From Pseudomonas aeruginosa PAO1 (lineage in GTDB: Bacteria > Pseudomonadota > Gammaproteobacteria > Pseudomonadales > Pseudomonadaceae), in NCBI RefSeq assembly GCF_000006765.1, contig NC_002516.2: a stretch of 64,000 bases of DNA; one strand, written 5' to 3'. The notes beneath the pieces are model-generated. The model was not told where the DNA came from and did no database searches. It worked only from the letters and a program-made list of their open reading frames with translations. Position 1 is the first letter of the stretch; each line of letters opens with the position of its first letter. Made by a program: the position numbers and the translations under genes. This document shows, in pieces, positions 23,500 to 33,023 of this stretch.

Positions 23500-26148
23500 T
23501 CAAAGCGATTCCATCAGGTCCTTGCCGCGCTTTAGCCAGCCCGGCGCCGAGCCGGGGCCCGGCGGTTGCGCCTGCTCCGTGCCCATGTCCTGCAAGGCCT
23601 GCTTCGCCTCGGCGAGCCAGGCCGGGGTCGCCGCCGCGGGCGCCTGGGTGAGTTCGGCCTTGGCCACCAGCCCGGCCAGGCTGCCCAGGTCGCGCGCCTT
23701 GAGCGCCTCCACGGTCTGCTGAGCCAGCAGCACCTGCTGCAATGCGGGCGATTGCACCGCCGCGACCGCCAGCGGCGGCGGTGGCGGCAACTGGCCGATC
23801 TGCTCGACCTTGTCGCCAGGCTCGCGGGTGAAGGCCCGCAGGTTGTCCAGCGCCGCCCCGCCGACCATCGGCAAGGCGATCCCGGTCAGCGGGTCGAAGG
23901 CGCTGATCTCCGGCAGGCCGACCTTGCCGCTCAGCAGCGGACGCGCCAGCGATGGCAGGAACAGCCCGAGCAGCATCCGCGGATCGCGACGCTTGACGCT
24001 GAGGCCGACGCTGGCCAGCATCACCCCGACGCCTACCACCCGCCCGGCGGTGGCCAGTACCGAGAGCCGCTTGTTCGACTCGTTGTCGAAATGCACCAGG
24101 CGATAGCGGAAGTAGTCGGTGAAAGGTTCTCGCGGGCCTATCGCCGAAGTGTTCATGAACCAGGCGCGGGAGTCGTGCACCTGTTCGTCGAACAGCGCCA
24201 CCAGTTTTTCCTGGCCCGGCGCCACCCGGTCGGGAGCGCTGAACAACTGGTGGTAGCGCGCGCTGCCGTCGCGGTGGATCTGGCTGTATTCCTCGGCTTC
24301 GTCTTCCTCGTTGATCAGGAATACGGTGCCGCCGAGCAGCAGGTCGATCACTCCGCCCACCGTCATGCCGTCGTCGAGCACGCCCCAGTCGCCCTTGTAG
24401 TCATGGGCGAATTCGGCGGCGGCGCCGAGCAGTTGGCGCTGGTCCAGCGGCGGGTCGAACTGCTTCTCCACCCGCAGGTCGCGCAGTTGGTCCTCGCCGC
24501 CGATCAGCGCCACGTTGCGATCCCACTCCGCCTGTTCGGCGGCGCTCATCGGCGGGAGCGGCTCGCCCTGCTGGGCGGCCGCGTACTCCCGGCTACGCCG
24601 CTTGTGCAGGGCCTCCCAGGCCTTCTGCTGGGCTTCCGGCATGTCCGGCGGGACATTGGCGAAGAACGCCTTGTTGCGCAGCCCGCCGGCATAGCGGTCG
24701 ATGCGCCAGGCGGTGATCAACGCGGTCTCGCGACGGATCACCTCTTCCAGGGGGCCGGCCTTGGCCTGGGCCTGCCAGGCGTTGAAACGGGTGGCGAGTT
24801 CTTCGGAGACGCTGAACTCCGCTTCAATCTTGGGCACCATTACCCGCCACTCTTCATGAAAGTCTGGATGGACGGCAGGTGCTGGAACTTGCAAAGGAGC
24901 ACCTGCCTCGAAAGCCTCCGCATACATATGCTGCAACGCTATCTGGGATAGTAGAAATTCCGAACCTCCCACAGCTTTCCCCTGGTTGCCGACGCCATAA
25001 CCGCCACCAACATCCGAGTGAACACCAGGATAAGCATATTCCACCGTCCACTTCCGGTAGCAGGAGGGCCCCGTCCGACGTCCGTTGGCATCCATGTCAC
25101 GACGGCGGATCGAATCGAGTGGAAAACTGGCACGCTGCTCATGACAGGAAACCAGATGCACGCAACGTTTCAGAAAAGAACAGTCTTCCGGCAGGATGGT
25201 CGGCAGGCACTGGGAGAGGGCCTCATCGGGCAGGCGCATGGTGTCATCGGCCCAATCCATATGCCCGGCAGCGAACGGCGCACTATCCGCCAGCCCAACT
25301 GCCGCCACGGTATCGAAAAGGCCGAGGAACTCGATCGAGATCGGCAGACCGGCAAAGCGATATTCCACCCGACCATCGGCATCGCTGACCCGGGTTAGCT
25401 CCTGCAGCCAGTTGGCAAAGGCTCGTGCTTCTGCCGCCCCACGGGAGAATCCGTAGATATACAAGCGCATGGCCAGGATATGCGGTTTCTGTCCAGAGTT
25501 CTGACGCTGTCGAAGCTTTTCTTCCAGTTCCTTGAGTTTTGGCTCCAAGGCAGCTCGGCGTTTTTTCTCGCCGTTTTCCAATAAACCACCAGTGAGCGTA
25601 CTGACGGTCCAGTTAGTGGACATTTCTTCTACTAGGCCCTGAACATCATTTAGTTTAAGCCTACTTTTTAATAAAGTATAGAAAAGAGCATCAACTAACT
25701 GAACCAGCCCCCAGTTTATTCGATTTTCGCCTCCCTCAGCACCAATTAATCCCATGTTTGAAGGCGTAAATTCTTTAATATCCGGAAACACCGTACCCAC
25801 ACCTGGGCAATAGTACTTAAAAATCCCCCTACTGTTTATATCATCGCCGCTCCCAATACTTGCATGAATTAGCCTAGCGACATTACTGCAAGATGGAGAA
25901 ACCGATGAACCATCAGCCTTATCGTTATTATTAGTCCCATCAAAACCAAGTGTAATATGGATAGCTTTACAGCAAGGCGCACCACCGACTACGTCACCTT
26001 CAGAAAGCCTTTTTTGCTCTTGCGCCCTTGAAAAAACCCGTTCATCGCTCTGCTGCTTTAATATATTTTCTGATAATTTTTTAGAATCATAAGTCAGGCG
26101 CCCTGCCACAGGATGGGTGGGTGCTATATGAAATCCAAAATTAGGCAT
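23500..26148 (-). CDS. tle1: T6SS phospholipase effector Tle1 (DUF2235)
   Basis: FDGTNNN, YYCPGVGT, YGFSRGAAEAR (GxSxG), FLGLFDTV, HEQR, GVHSDVGGGY; sits in a vgrG-DUF4123-immunity context. Confidence 0.93.
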   Translation of the reverse strand: MPNFGFHIAPTHPVAGRLTYDSKKLSENILKQQSDERVFSRAQEQKRLSEGDVVGGAPCCKAIHITLGFDGTNNNDKADGSSVSPSCSNVARLIHASIGSGDDINSRGIFKYYCPGVGTVFPDIKEFTPSNMGLIGAEGGENRINWGLVQLVDALFYTLLKSRLKLNDVQGLVEEMSTNWTVSTLTGGLLENGEKKRRAALEPKLKELEEKLRQRQNSGQKPHILAMRLYIYGFSRGAAEARAFANWLQELTRVSDADGRVEYRFAGLPISIEFLGLFDTVAAVGLADSAPFAAGHMDWADDTMRLPDEALSQCLPTILPEDCSFLKRCVHLVSCHEQRASFPLDSIRRRDMDANGRRTGPSCYRKWTVEYAYPGVHSDVGGGYGVGNQGKAVGGSEFLLSQIALQHMYAEAFEAGAPLQVPAPAVHPDFHEEWRVMVPKIEAEFSVSEELATRFNAWQAQAKAGPLEEVIRRETALITAWRIDRYAGGLRNKAFFANVPPDMPEAQQKAWEALHKRRSREYAAAQQGEPLPPMSAAEQAEWDRNVALIGGEDQLRDLRVEKQFDPPLDQRQLLGAAAEFAHDYKGDWGVLDDGMTVGGVIDLLLGGTVFLINEEDEAEEYSQIHRDGSARYHQLFSAPDRVAPGQEKLVALFDEQVHDSRAWFMNTSAIGPREPFTDYFRYRLVHFDNESNKRLSVLATAGRVVGVGVMLASVGLSVKRRDPRMLLGLFLPSLARPLLSGKVGLPEISAFDPLTGIALPMVGGAALDNLRAFTREPGDKVEQIGQLPPPPPLAVAAVQSPALQQVLLAQQTVEALKARDLGSLAGLVAKAELTQAPAAATPAWLAEAKQALQDMGTEQAQPPGPGSAPGWLKRGKDLMESL

Positions 26149-26162
26149 CTTCCCACCTGCCT

Positions 26163-26717
26163 TCAGTTAGCCGGACATATCGTTGACTTTCTCATCTCGA
26201 AATAGGCCTTATCAGGATATTTTGGATGATTCGGCCCATAACAAGTCGTAGAAACAGCCACCTCGTCACACGGCAAGAAGTGCACCTGCAGCAAGCACAC
26301 CTTTTCATCATACCTAGGCACATTCACAGTCGCCTTGTGACGGGTGTAACTTGAGGCATGCCTCAAATAATCACTCTCATCCAACCGCCCATATTTATCT
26401 CGTTTTATAACGGCACGGGGATTTGGATCCTTCTCCCATTCCACAATAACTTTCAAATTTGGATTCCATCTCTTTGGAATTACCCCACAACAAACTTGAC
26501 TACCATCTCCCTGATAAGGACCTAAGTTCGGTCCGCCAGCACCATTCACCGTAAATTCGTTAATCGCCGCCGAAGTATGGTTGTAACCCATGACAGGTGC
26601 AGACAGCACTTCAGGCCCAGCTTGGCATGCCACCAGCCCAAAGAAGGTGCTGAGAAAAACCACCAACCCAATGGACTTTTTAGTTCCCACACAGATCAAA
26701 CTCATCAACTTCTGCAT
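26163..26717 (-). CDS. tli1: Tli1-family immunity lipoprotein (DUF3304), copy 3, intact and adjacent to tle1
   Basis: Lipobox LVAC; GYNHTSAAI..F.VNG; VCC; VEWE; VHFLPCD. Confidence 0.88.
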   Translation of the reverse strand: MQKLMSLICVGTKKSIGLVVFLSTFFGLVACQAGPEVLSAPVMGYNHTSAAINEFTVNGAGGPNLGPYQGDGSQVCCGVIPKRWNPNLKVIVEWEKDPNPRAVIKRDKYGRLDESDYLRHASSYTRHKATVNVPRYDEKVCLLQVHFLPCDEVAVSTTCYGPNHPKYPDKAYFEMRKSTICPAN

Positions 26718-27256
26718 GACATACCCCTCATATCAAAGTAACCTTTATTCGGATATTCAGGATGAAACGGCGCATAACAGGCAGCTGAAGTAGCAACCTT
26801 ATCACATGGAAGAAATTGTATTTTTAGCGAACAAATCTCCTTACTATCACAAGGAGGTATATCGACGACTTCCTTATGACGAACATACAAGAGCCCATGC
26901 TCTCTCATACGTTTTCTCCAGCCATCTGAAAATATCTTTCCGGCCAGTCTTTATAAGCCCCTGGCTCAGGAACTACCTCCCACTCTACGGTTGCCTTCAA
27001 GCCCGACTTCCAAACTCTAGGAACGACACCACAACATACCTGCCCTGCTCCCCCCTGAAATGGACCAAGGTTTAATCCGCCAGCACCATTTACACTGAAT
27101 CTGTTAATAGCCGCCGAAGTATGGTTGTATCCTCCGATAGGAGTAGACACCATATCAGAGCCTGCCTGACACGCTTGTAAAAACAAAAAACCTATCAGTA
27201 AAGCAATCAGCCAATCAGGTGTCCTTAACCCCTTTGCATTCAAGAGCTTTTTGCAT
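26705..27256 (-). pseudogene. Tli1 paralogue copy 2, broken by two single-base indels in homopolymer runs
   Basis: Removing one A at 27248-52 and adding one T at 26929-32 restores a 183-aa ORF, MQKLLNAK...LQAC...YFSDGWRKRMREH...SCRS. Confidence 0.75.
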
Positions 27257-27762
27257 GAAGGCTCTCTCTTCTGAAAATACTTTCTAACTGGGTACTCTGG
27301 ATGCCCCTGGCTGTAATAGGTTGTTGAGACCGCGACCTGGTCACACGGGAGGAAATGCACCTGCAACAGGCATATTTTTTCACTATATCTAGGTATATCC
27401 ACGATCATCTTGTGTCGGGTGTAGCTTGAGGCATGTCTCAAGTAATCATCTTTATCCAGCCGTCCATATTTATCTCGCCTTATAGCGGCGTGCGGTTTGG
27501 GATCTTTCTCCCATTCCACGACAGCTTTCAAATTTGGATTCCACTTCTTTGGAATCACTCCGCAACAAACCTGGCTACCATCCCCCTGATAAGGGCCTAA
27601 ACGCGGTCCACCCGCCCCATTCACCGAAAACCAATTGATCGCCGCGGACGTATGGTTGTAACCCATCACCGGCGCCGCCAGCATGTCCGGCCCGCTCTGG
27701 CAGCTCGCGGCCAGCAGGGGCCCCGGAAGCAGGGCGGGAAGGCCGATGCCGCGCCCGTTCAT
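26905..27762 (-). CDS. Tli1 paralogue copy 1, read through into the N-terminal half of copy 2 (285-aa fusion)
   Basis: Start MNGRGIG overlaps the DUF4123 stop (ATGA). A full DUF3304 domain is followed in frame by a second signal peptide and a partial DUF3304. Confidence 0.75.
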   Translation of the reverse strand: MNGRGIGLPALLPGPLLAASCQSGPDMLAAPVMGYNHTSAAINWFSVNGAGGPRLGPYQGDGSQVCCGVIPKKWNPNLKAVVEWEKDPKPHAAIRRDKYGRLDKDDYLRHASSYTRHKMIVDIPRYSEKICLLQVHFLPCDQVAVSTTYYSQGHPEYPVRKYFQKREPSCKKLLNAKGLRTPDWLIALLIGFLFLQACQAGSDMVSTPIGGYNHTSAAINRFSVNGAGGLNLGPFQGGAGQVCCGVVPRVWKSGLKATVEWEVVPEPGAYKDWPERYFQMAGENV

Positions 27763-28574
27763 GCGCGACTCGTTCCCGCCGGGGAAAAGCCGGGGCCGGG
27801 GGTCTGTTCGCGTAGCCATTGGGCGACGAAGGCATCGCGCTGGTCGAAGTCCTGCAAGCCCTGGCGGTCGGCGGCCAGGTGCGCCTGGACCAGATGCTGG
27901 AGCAGGCTTTCCTGGCTGCCCAGTCCATGCTCGCGGGGCAGCACGAAGTATTCGCGGCGGTAGGCTTCGGCCTCGCTCCAGGCGCGCAAGGCAGCGACCT
28001 GGTGCGCTTCCAGGCGGAGGGCCGCTTGCAGCGGCGGCGTCTCGTGGGCCTGGTAATGACCGGCCAGCGCCCTCGGCCGGCCGTCGCGGTCCAGCCAGTG
28101 CCAGCTGGAAACCGGGGCATGCAGGTAACAGCTCTGCCGGGGATCGAGCATGTCGCTGACGGCCATGAACAGGCCCGGCTCGTAGAAACGCAGTACGCCG
28201 CTGGAACGACCCTGGTTCCACTCGGCCTGGGTGCAGCTGCGCAGGTGCTCGCCCAGGCGCGGCAACGGCCAGGGGCTGAACAGGAGCATCAGGTGGCGGC
28301 GGCAGTCGATGCGTTCGAGCAGTTCGTCCAGCCAGGCCGCGTGGCCGTCTTCCAGGCGCAGCAGCAGCGGGCCCTCGTCGGCCAGGGCGGCCTCCGGGGT
28401 TTGCTCCAGCAATTTGAACAGCGCCGGAGGATCGCTTTGCCGCGCATGCTCGGCGAGCAAGGGATAGTCGTCCAGCCCGGTGGCATCGACCAATACATCG
28501 ATGTGGGTCTGCAAGCCGCGATCGCGGGAGCGCTGCCACAGCTCGCGGGCCCAATGGCGGGGGTTCGGCGTCAT
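27759..28574 (-). CDS. DUF4123 T6SS effector adaptor/chaperone
   Basis: LVDAT, GPLLL, LGEHLR...VLRFYEP; located between vgrG and the effector module. Confidence 0.85.
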   Translation of the reverse strand: MTPNPRHWARELWQRSRDRGLQTHIDVLVDATGLDDYPLLAEHARQSDPPALFKLLEQTPEAALADEGPLLLRLEDGHAAWLDELLERIDCRRHLMLLFSPWPLPRLGEHLRSCTQAEWNQGRSSGVLRFYEPGLFMAVSDMLDPRQSCYLHAPVSSWHWLDRDGRPRALAGHYQAHETPPLQAALRLEAHQVAALRAWSEAEAYRREYFVLPREHGLGSQESLLQHLVQAHLAADRQGLQDFDQRDAFVAQWLREQTPGPGFSPAGTSRA

Positions 28575-28583
28575 CGCGGTTCC

Positions 28584-30650
28584 TCAGCGCTCGGCGAGCG
28601 CCTGGCCTCTTTTCTTCGCCTGTAGCAGGCACTCTTCGCAGACCGGTTGCCGCGGCGGCAGGTTGGCCGCGACCGCCTCGGGTGGCGCGCCGGAGCTGTC
28701 CTGGTCGGCCATGCCCGGCACCCGCGGCATCTTGATCGCGATCCCCGAGCCGCTTCCCGGCGCGCCGCCTGCATTGATCCGTGCCAGCGGGCCGCTGATG
28801 GCGATGCCGCTTGCGTCGAGCCGGATGAAGCTGCCGCCGGCCGTCACCGTCAGTTCGCTGTCAGCCTCGATCACCATCTTCTGCCCGGCCTTCAGGTGGA
28901 TCTCGCGCCCGGCCCTGGCCAGGTAGGCACGACCGAGCTTCACGTGCTGGCTGTCGCCGACCGTCAGGTGGTCATCGGCCTTCAGCTCGACCTTGCGCTC
29001 TCCGTGCACGGTGTGATGCTCCTCGGCCTTGAACTCGCTGTAGCTGTTCGCCTCCACGGTGTCGTGGCGTTCGTGGCCGACGCGGATCTTCTGGTCGTGC
29101 TCGATGTTCTCGTCCCAGTCGCGCTGGGCATGGACGAAGATCTGTTCCTGGCCCTTGCGATCCTCGATGCGCAGCTCGTTGTAGCCACCGCCGCCAGGGC
29201 TGCTGAGGCTCTTGAAGACGCTGCGGGTCTGGTTCGCCGGCAACTCGTAGGGCACCGGGTGGGCGGCGTGGTAGACGCAGCCGCTGACCAGCGGCTGGTC
29301 GGGATCGCCTTCGAGGAAGTCCACCAGCACTTCCATGCCGACCCGCGGAATGACGATGCCGCCATAGCCGTTGCCGGCCCAACCGCTGGCTACGCGCAGC
29401 CAGCAACTGCTCTTGTCGTCGCCCTGGCCCTCGCGGTCCCAGTGGAACTGCACCCTGACCCAGCCGTAGCGGTCGCAGTGGATTTCCTCGCCTGGCGGGC
29501 CGGTCACCACCGCGGTCTGGCTGCCCAGCACGCGCGGCTTCGGGTGCTCCAGCGGCGGGCGGAAGAACACCTCCCAGGGCGTCGCGAGGAAGCGGTTGCG
29601 GTAGCCCTGCTGGAAGTCGTCCGTGCTGGCCGACGTGTCGGAGGTAACGTTCTCTTCCAGCACCTGCGGCTGCTTGCCTTCGTGGAAGACTTCGCTGAGC
29701 AGCCACAGGTCGTTCCACTCCGCGCGCGGGTGCTCGGCGATCTCCAGGAAGTGCCCGCTGACCAGCAGCGGCTGGTCGCTGACCCCTTCGCCCAGGCGCC
29801 GGTCGGCGCGGTGCCGCTCCAGGGCGCGCTGGCTGAGCAGCTTGCCGCGCTGGCGATCGACGAAGCGACCGGGGTAGTCGTAGTCCTCCAGGTCCGGCTC
29901 GGCCGGGGCGTCGGCAGCGGGGCGATTGCCGGCCTCCAGCAGCAGCCGCGGCTTCTCGAAGTCGTAGTCGCGGCGAGTGGTGCGCGTGGTGCGGCTGGCC
30001 AGGCGCAGGCTGAAGCGCTTGATCACCGGTTCGTCGGCGACCAGCCCGCTGTCGTGCACGTAGGCGGTGGGACGGCCCAGGCGGGGGAACACCGTCTGGT
30101 CGTCGCCGAACACCAGCAGGTGCGCCTCGGCGCTGTGCCGGAAATGGAAATGGATGCCCTCTTCGGCACAGAGGCGCTGGACGAAATGCAGGTCGCTTTC
30201 GTCGTACTGCACGCAGTATTCGCGCTCGGGATACCGGGTGCCGAGCTGGAAGCGGTAGGCGTCGGCGAGGATGCCGTGCTCCTCGAGGATCAGGGCGACG
30301 ATCTGCGGCACCGTGAGGTGCTGGAAGATCCGCTGGTTGTTGCGCTGGGCGAGGTAGGCCAGGTGTGGGACGAGGGTGAGGCGATAGCGGGTCAGGCGCT
30401 TGCCGGCATCGCCCTGGGCAGCGCCGTAGACCAGGCCGTGGACACCCTGGCCCTGCGGGGTGAAGGCGAGGAAGGCGGGTCGGTGCATGAGTGCTTCGAG
30501 GTCGAGGCCGGCGCGCTCGCTGACCAGTTCGAGTTCGAAGCGGTAGGGCCGGCTGATGCCTTCGTGGCCGCTGAATTCGAGAACCTGCAGGTCGTGACGG
30601 AGGCCGTCGAGGCTGAGGCTGAAGTGGGTCTGGTTGGCCGGGTTGAACAT
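28584..30650 (-). CDS. vgrG: T6SS spike protein VgrG (VgrG4a-like, PA3294)
   Basis: EGISRPYRFELEL, YCVQYDESDLHFVQRL..EEG, IPRVGMEVLVDFLEGDPDQP, NELRIED, gp5-like repeats. Confidence 0.95.
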   Translation of the reverse strand: MFNPANQTHFSLSLDGLRHDLQVLEFSGHEGISRPYRFELELVSERAGLDLEALMHRPAFLAFTPQGQGVHGLVYGAAQGDAGKRLTRYRLTLVPHLAYLAQRNNQRIFQHLTVPQIVALILEEHGILADAYRFQLGTRYPEREYCVQYDESDLHFVQRLCAEEGIHFHFRHSAEAHLLVFGDDQTVFPRLGRPTAYVHDSGLVADEPVIKRFSLRLASRTTRTTRRDYDFEKPRLLLEAGNRPAADAPAEPDLEDYDYPGRFVDRQRGKLLSQRALERHRADRRLGEGVSDQPLLVSGHFLEIAEHPRAEWNDLWLLSEVFHEGKQPQVLEENVTSDTSASTDDFQQGYRNRFLATPWEVFFRPPLEHPKPRVLGSQTAVVTGPPGEEIHCDRYGWVRVQFHWDREGQGDDKSSCWLRVASGWAGNGYGGIVIPRVGMEVLVDFLEGDPDQPLVSGCVYHAAHPVPYELPANQTRSVFKSLSSPGGGGYNELRIEDRKGQEQIFVHAQRDWDENIEHDQKIRVGHERHDTVEANSYSEFKAEEHHTVHGERKVELKADDHLTVGDSQHVKLGRAYLARAGREIHLKAGQKMVIEADSELTVTAGGSFIRLDASGIAISGPLARINAGGAPGSGSGIAIKMPRVPGMADQDSSGAPPEAVAANLPPRQPVCEECLLQAKKRGQALAER

Positions 30651-30878
30651 CCGCTGTCCCCTGTTTCTCGAAAAACCTGCACGGCTGGCGTCCCTGTTCG
30701 CCGTGCTCGATCCGAAGTGCGTGATCGCGCGGATGCTACGTCAAAAAAACTGTGCAAATTGTTGCGCACATCGCCGGAAAACCGCGGCGCGCCTGACCCT
30801 CGACAGTATGTAACAAAATATTTCAGAAAAATCCGACGAGCGAAGGACCGCCCCCGAACCGGGCCGGCCCATGCGCAA

Positions 30879-31316
30879 TCAGCCTTGCAGACGCTGCGCC
30901 AAACGCTCCTGAAGTTGTGCGAGCACTTCCGGGTCGCCCTGCTTCGCCGCATGGATGCCGAGATTCTCGCCGCTGAAGCGCGGGATGACGTGGAAATGGA
31001 TGTGGAAGACCGTCTGCCCGGCGGGGGCGCCGTTGAACTGGGCGACCTGCACGCCGTCCGGCTGCACCTCCTCGACCAGGGCGCGGGTCAGGCGCTGGAC
31101 CACGGCCATGACCTTGACCAGGTTCTGCGCCTCGATCTCGAGCAGGTTGCGCGCCTCGGCGTGCTTGGGAATCACCAGGGTATGCCCGTAGGACTGCGGG
31201 AACAGATCGAGGAAGGCGAGCACGTCCTCGTCTTCGTAGACCTTGTAGCAGGGAGCTTCGCCGCGAATGATCTTGGCGAAGATGTTCTGGGAATCGTAAA
31301 CGCCGTGCAGACTCAT
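30879..31316 (-). CDS. HIT-family nucleotide hydrolase (PA3295)
   Basis: IFAKIIRGE, GHTLVIPK, FHIHFH (HxHxH). Confidence 0.92.
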   Translation of the reverse strand: MSLHGVYDSQNIFAKIIRGEAPCYKVYEDEDVLAFLDLFPQSYGHTLVIPKHAEARNLLEIEAQNLVKVMAVVQRLTRALVEEVQPDGVQVAQFNGAPAGQTVFHIHFHVIPRFSGENLGIHAAKQGDPEVLAQLQERLAQRLQG

Positions 31317-31421
31317 GGAGGCTTTCCTTGAACGAACCGGAATAGACCTGCGCACCATACCGGCTCGCTCCCCGCTCGTCACGACGTGATGCGTCGCGCG
31401 CGCCACACACTTCGAAAGAAA

Positions 31422-31439
31422 TTGTCACAAGCCCGTCAT
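31422..31439 (+). promoter_or_regulatory. Pho box of phoA
   Basis: TTGTCAC-AAGC-CCGTCAT, about 80 nt upstream of the phoA ATG. Confidence 0.85.
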
Positions 31440-31520
31440 CACCCTTCCCTACTTTCGTAGCACTCGCCGGATGGCCCTGCCGTCTCGCACAGCCACCTCC
31501 TCAACATAGGGAAATGCGTC

Positions 31521-32951
31521 ATGACCCCAGGTTATCCCCTCGCCCTCTCTCTTGCCGTCTCCATGGCCGTGCTCGGCAGCGCCTTGCCGGCCCAGGCGCG
31601 CCAGGACGATCCGTCACTGTTCAACCGCCAGGCCCGTGGCGAACTCAGCGAGTACGGCGGCGCACGGCGCGTCGAGCAGGACCTGACCCAGGCCCTGAAG
31701 CAGTCGCTGTCGAAGAAGAAGGCGAAGAACGTGATCCTGCTGATCGGCGACGGCATGGGCGACTCCGAGATCACCGTGGCGCGCAACTACGCGCGCGGCG
31801 CGGGCGGCTACTTCAAGGGTATCGATGCGCTGCCGCTGACCGGTCAGTACACCCACTACTCCCTGCACAAGGACAGCGGCCTGCCGGACTACGTGACCGA
31901 TTCCGCCGCCTCCGCCACCGCCTGGTCCACCGGGGTCAAGTCGTACAACGGCGCGATCGGCGTGGATATCCACGAACAGCCGCACCGCAACCTGCTGGAG
32001 CTGGCCAAGCTCAACGGCAAGGCCACCGGCAACGTCTCCACCGCCGAGCTGCAGGACGCCACCCCCGCCGCCCTGCTCGCCCACGTCACCGCTCGCAAGT
32101 GCTACGGTCCCGAGGCCACCAGCAAGCAGTGCCCGAGCAATGCCCTGGAGAACGGCGGCGCCGGCTCGATCACCGAGCAGTGGCTGAAGACCCGCCCTGA
32201 CGTGGTTCTCGGCGGCGGCGCCGCGACCTTCGCGGAAACCGCCAAGGCTGGCCGCTATGCCGGCAAGACCCTCCGCGCCCAGGCCGAAGCCCGCGGCTAC
32301 CGGATCGTCGAGAACCTCGACGAGCTGAAAGCCGTGCGCCGCGCCAACCAGAAGCAGCCGCTGATCGGCCTGTTCGCGCCGGGCAACATGCCAGTGCGCT
32401 GGCTCGGTCCGACCGCCACCTACCACGGCAACCTGAACCAGCCGGCGGTGAGCTGCGAGGCGAACCCGAAGCGCACCGCCGACATCCCGACCCTGGCGCA
32501 AATGACCAGCAAGGCCATCGAGCTGCTGAAGGACAATCCGAACGGCTTCTTCCTGCAGGTCGAGGGCGCGTCCATCGACAAGCAGGACCATGCCGCGAAT
32601 CCGTGCGGCCAGATCGGCGAGACCGTCGACCTCGACGAAGCCGTGCAGAAGGCCCTGGCCTTTGCCAAGGCCGATGGCGAGACCCTGGTGATCGTCACCG
32701 CCGACCACGCCCACTCCAGCCAGATCATCCCGCCGGAAACCGCCGCGCCGGGGCTGACCCAACTGCTCACGACCAAGGACGGCGCGCCGCTGGCGATCAG
32801 CTACGGCAACTCCGAGGAAAGCTCCCAGGAGCACACCGGCACCCAGTTGCGCATCGCCGCCTACGGCCCGCAGGCCGCCAATGTCACCGGCCTGACCGAC
32901 CAGACCGACCTGTTCTTCACCATCCGTCGCGCACTGAACCTGCGCGACTGA
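31521..32951 (+). CDS. phoA: Alkaline phosphatase
   Basis: [14 protein letters not shown] (catalytic Ser), [19 protein letters not shown]; Sec signal peptide. Confidence 0.96.
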
Positions 32952-32964
32952 TCGGACCAGAACG

Positions 32965-33000
32965 AAAAAGGCGCGCCGGTTTCGACCGGCGCGCCTTTTT
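32965..33000. terminator. Bidirectional terminator between phoA and hrpA
   Basis: AAAAAGGCGCGCCGGT-TTCG-ACCGGCGCGCCTTTTT. Confidence 0.9.
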
Positions 33001-33023
33001 CATTTCGCGCGGTATCCCTGGAA

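Noticed and set aside
26905-28632. 575-aa ORF spanning DUF4123 and the tli genes
   Set aside because: The part upstream of 27762 is a GC-rich off-frame read-through of the DUF4123 gene. The real start is the ATG at 27762 that overlaps the DUF4123 stop.
30740-30830. Imperfect palindrome TGTGCAAATTGTTGCGCACA and AT-rich tract upstream of vgrG
   Set aside because: The dyad is imperfect, there is no clear sigma-54 -24/-12 motif, and I cannot assign a factor.
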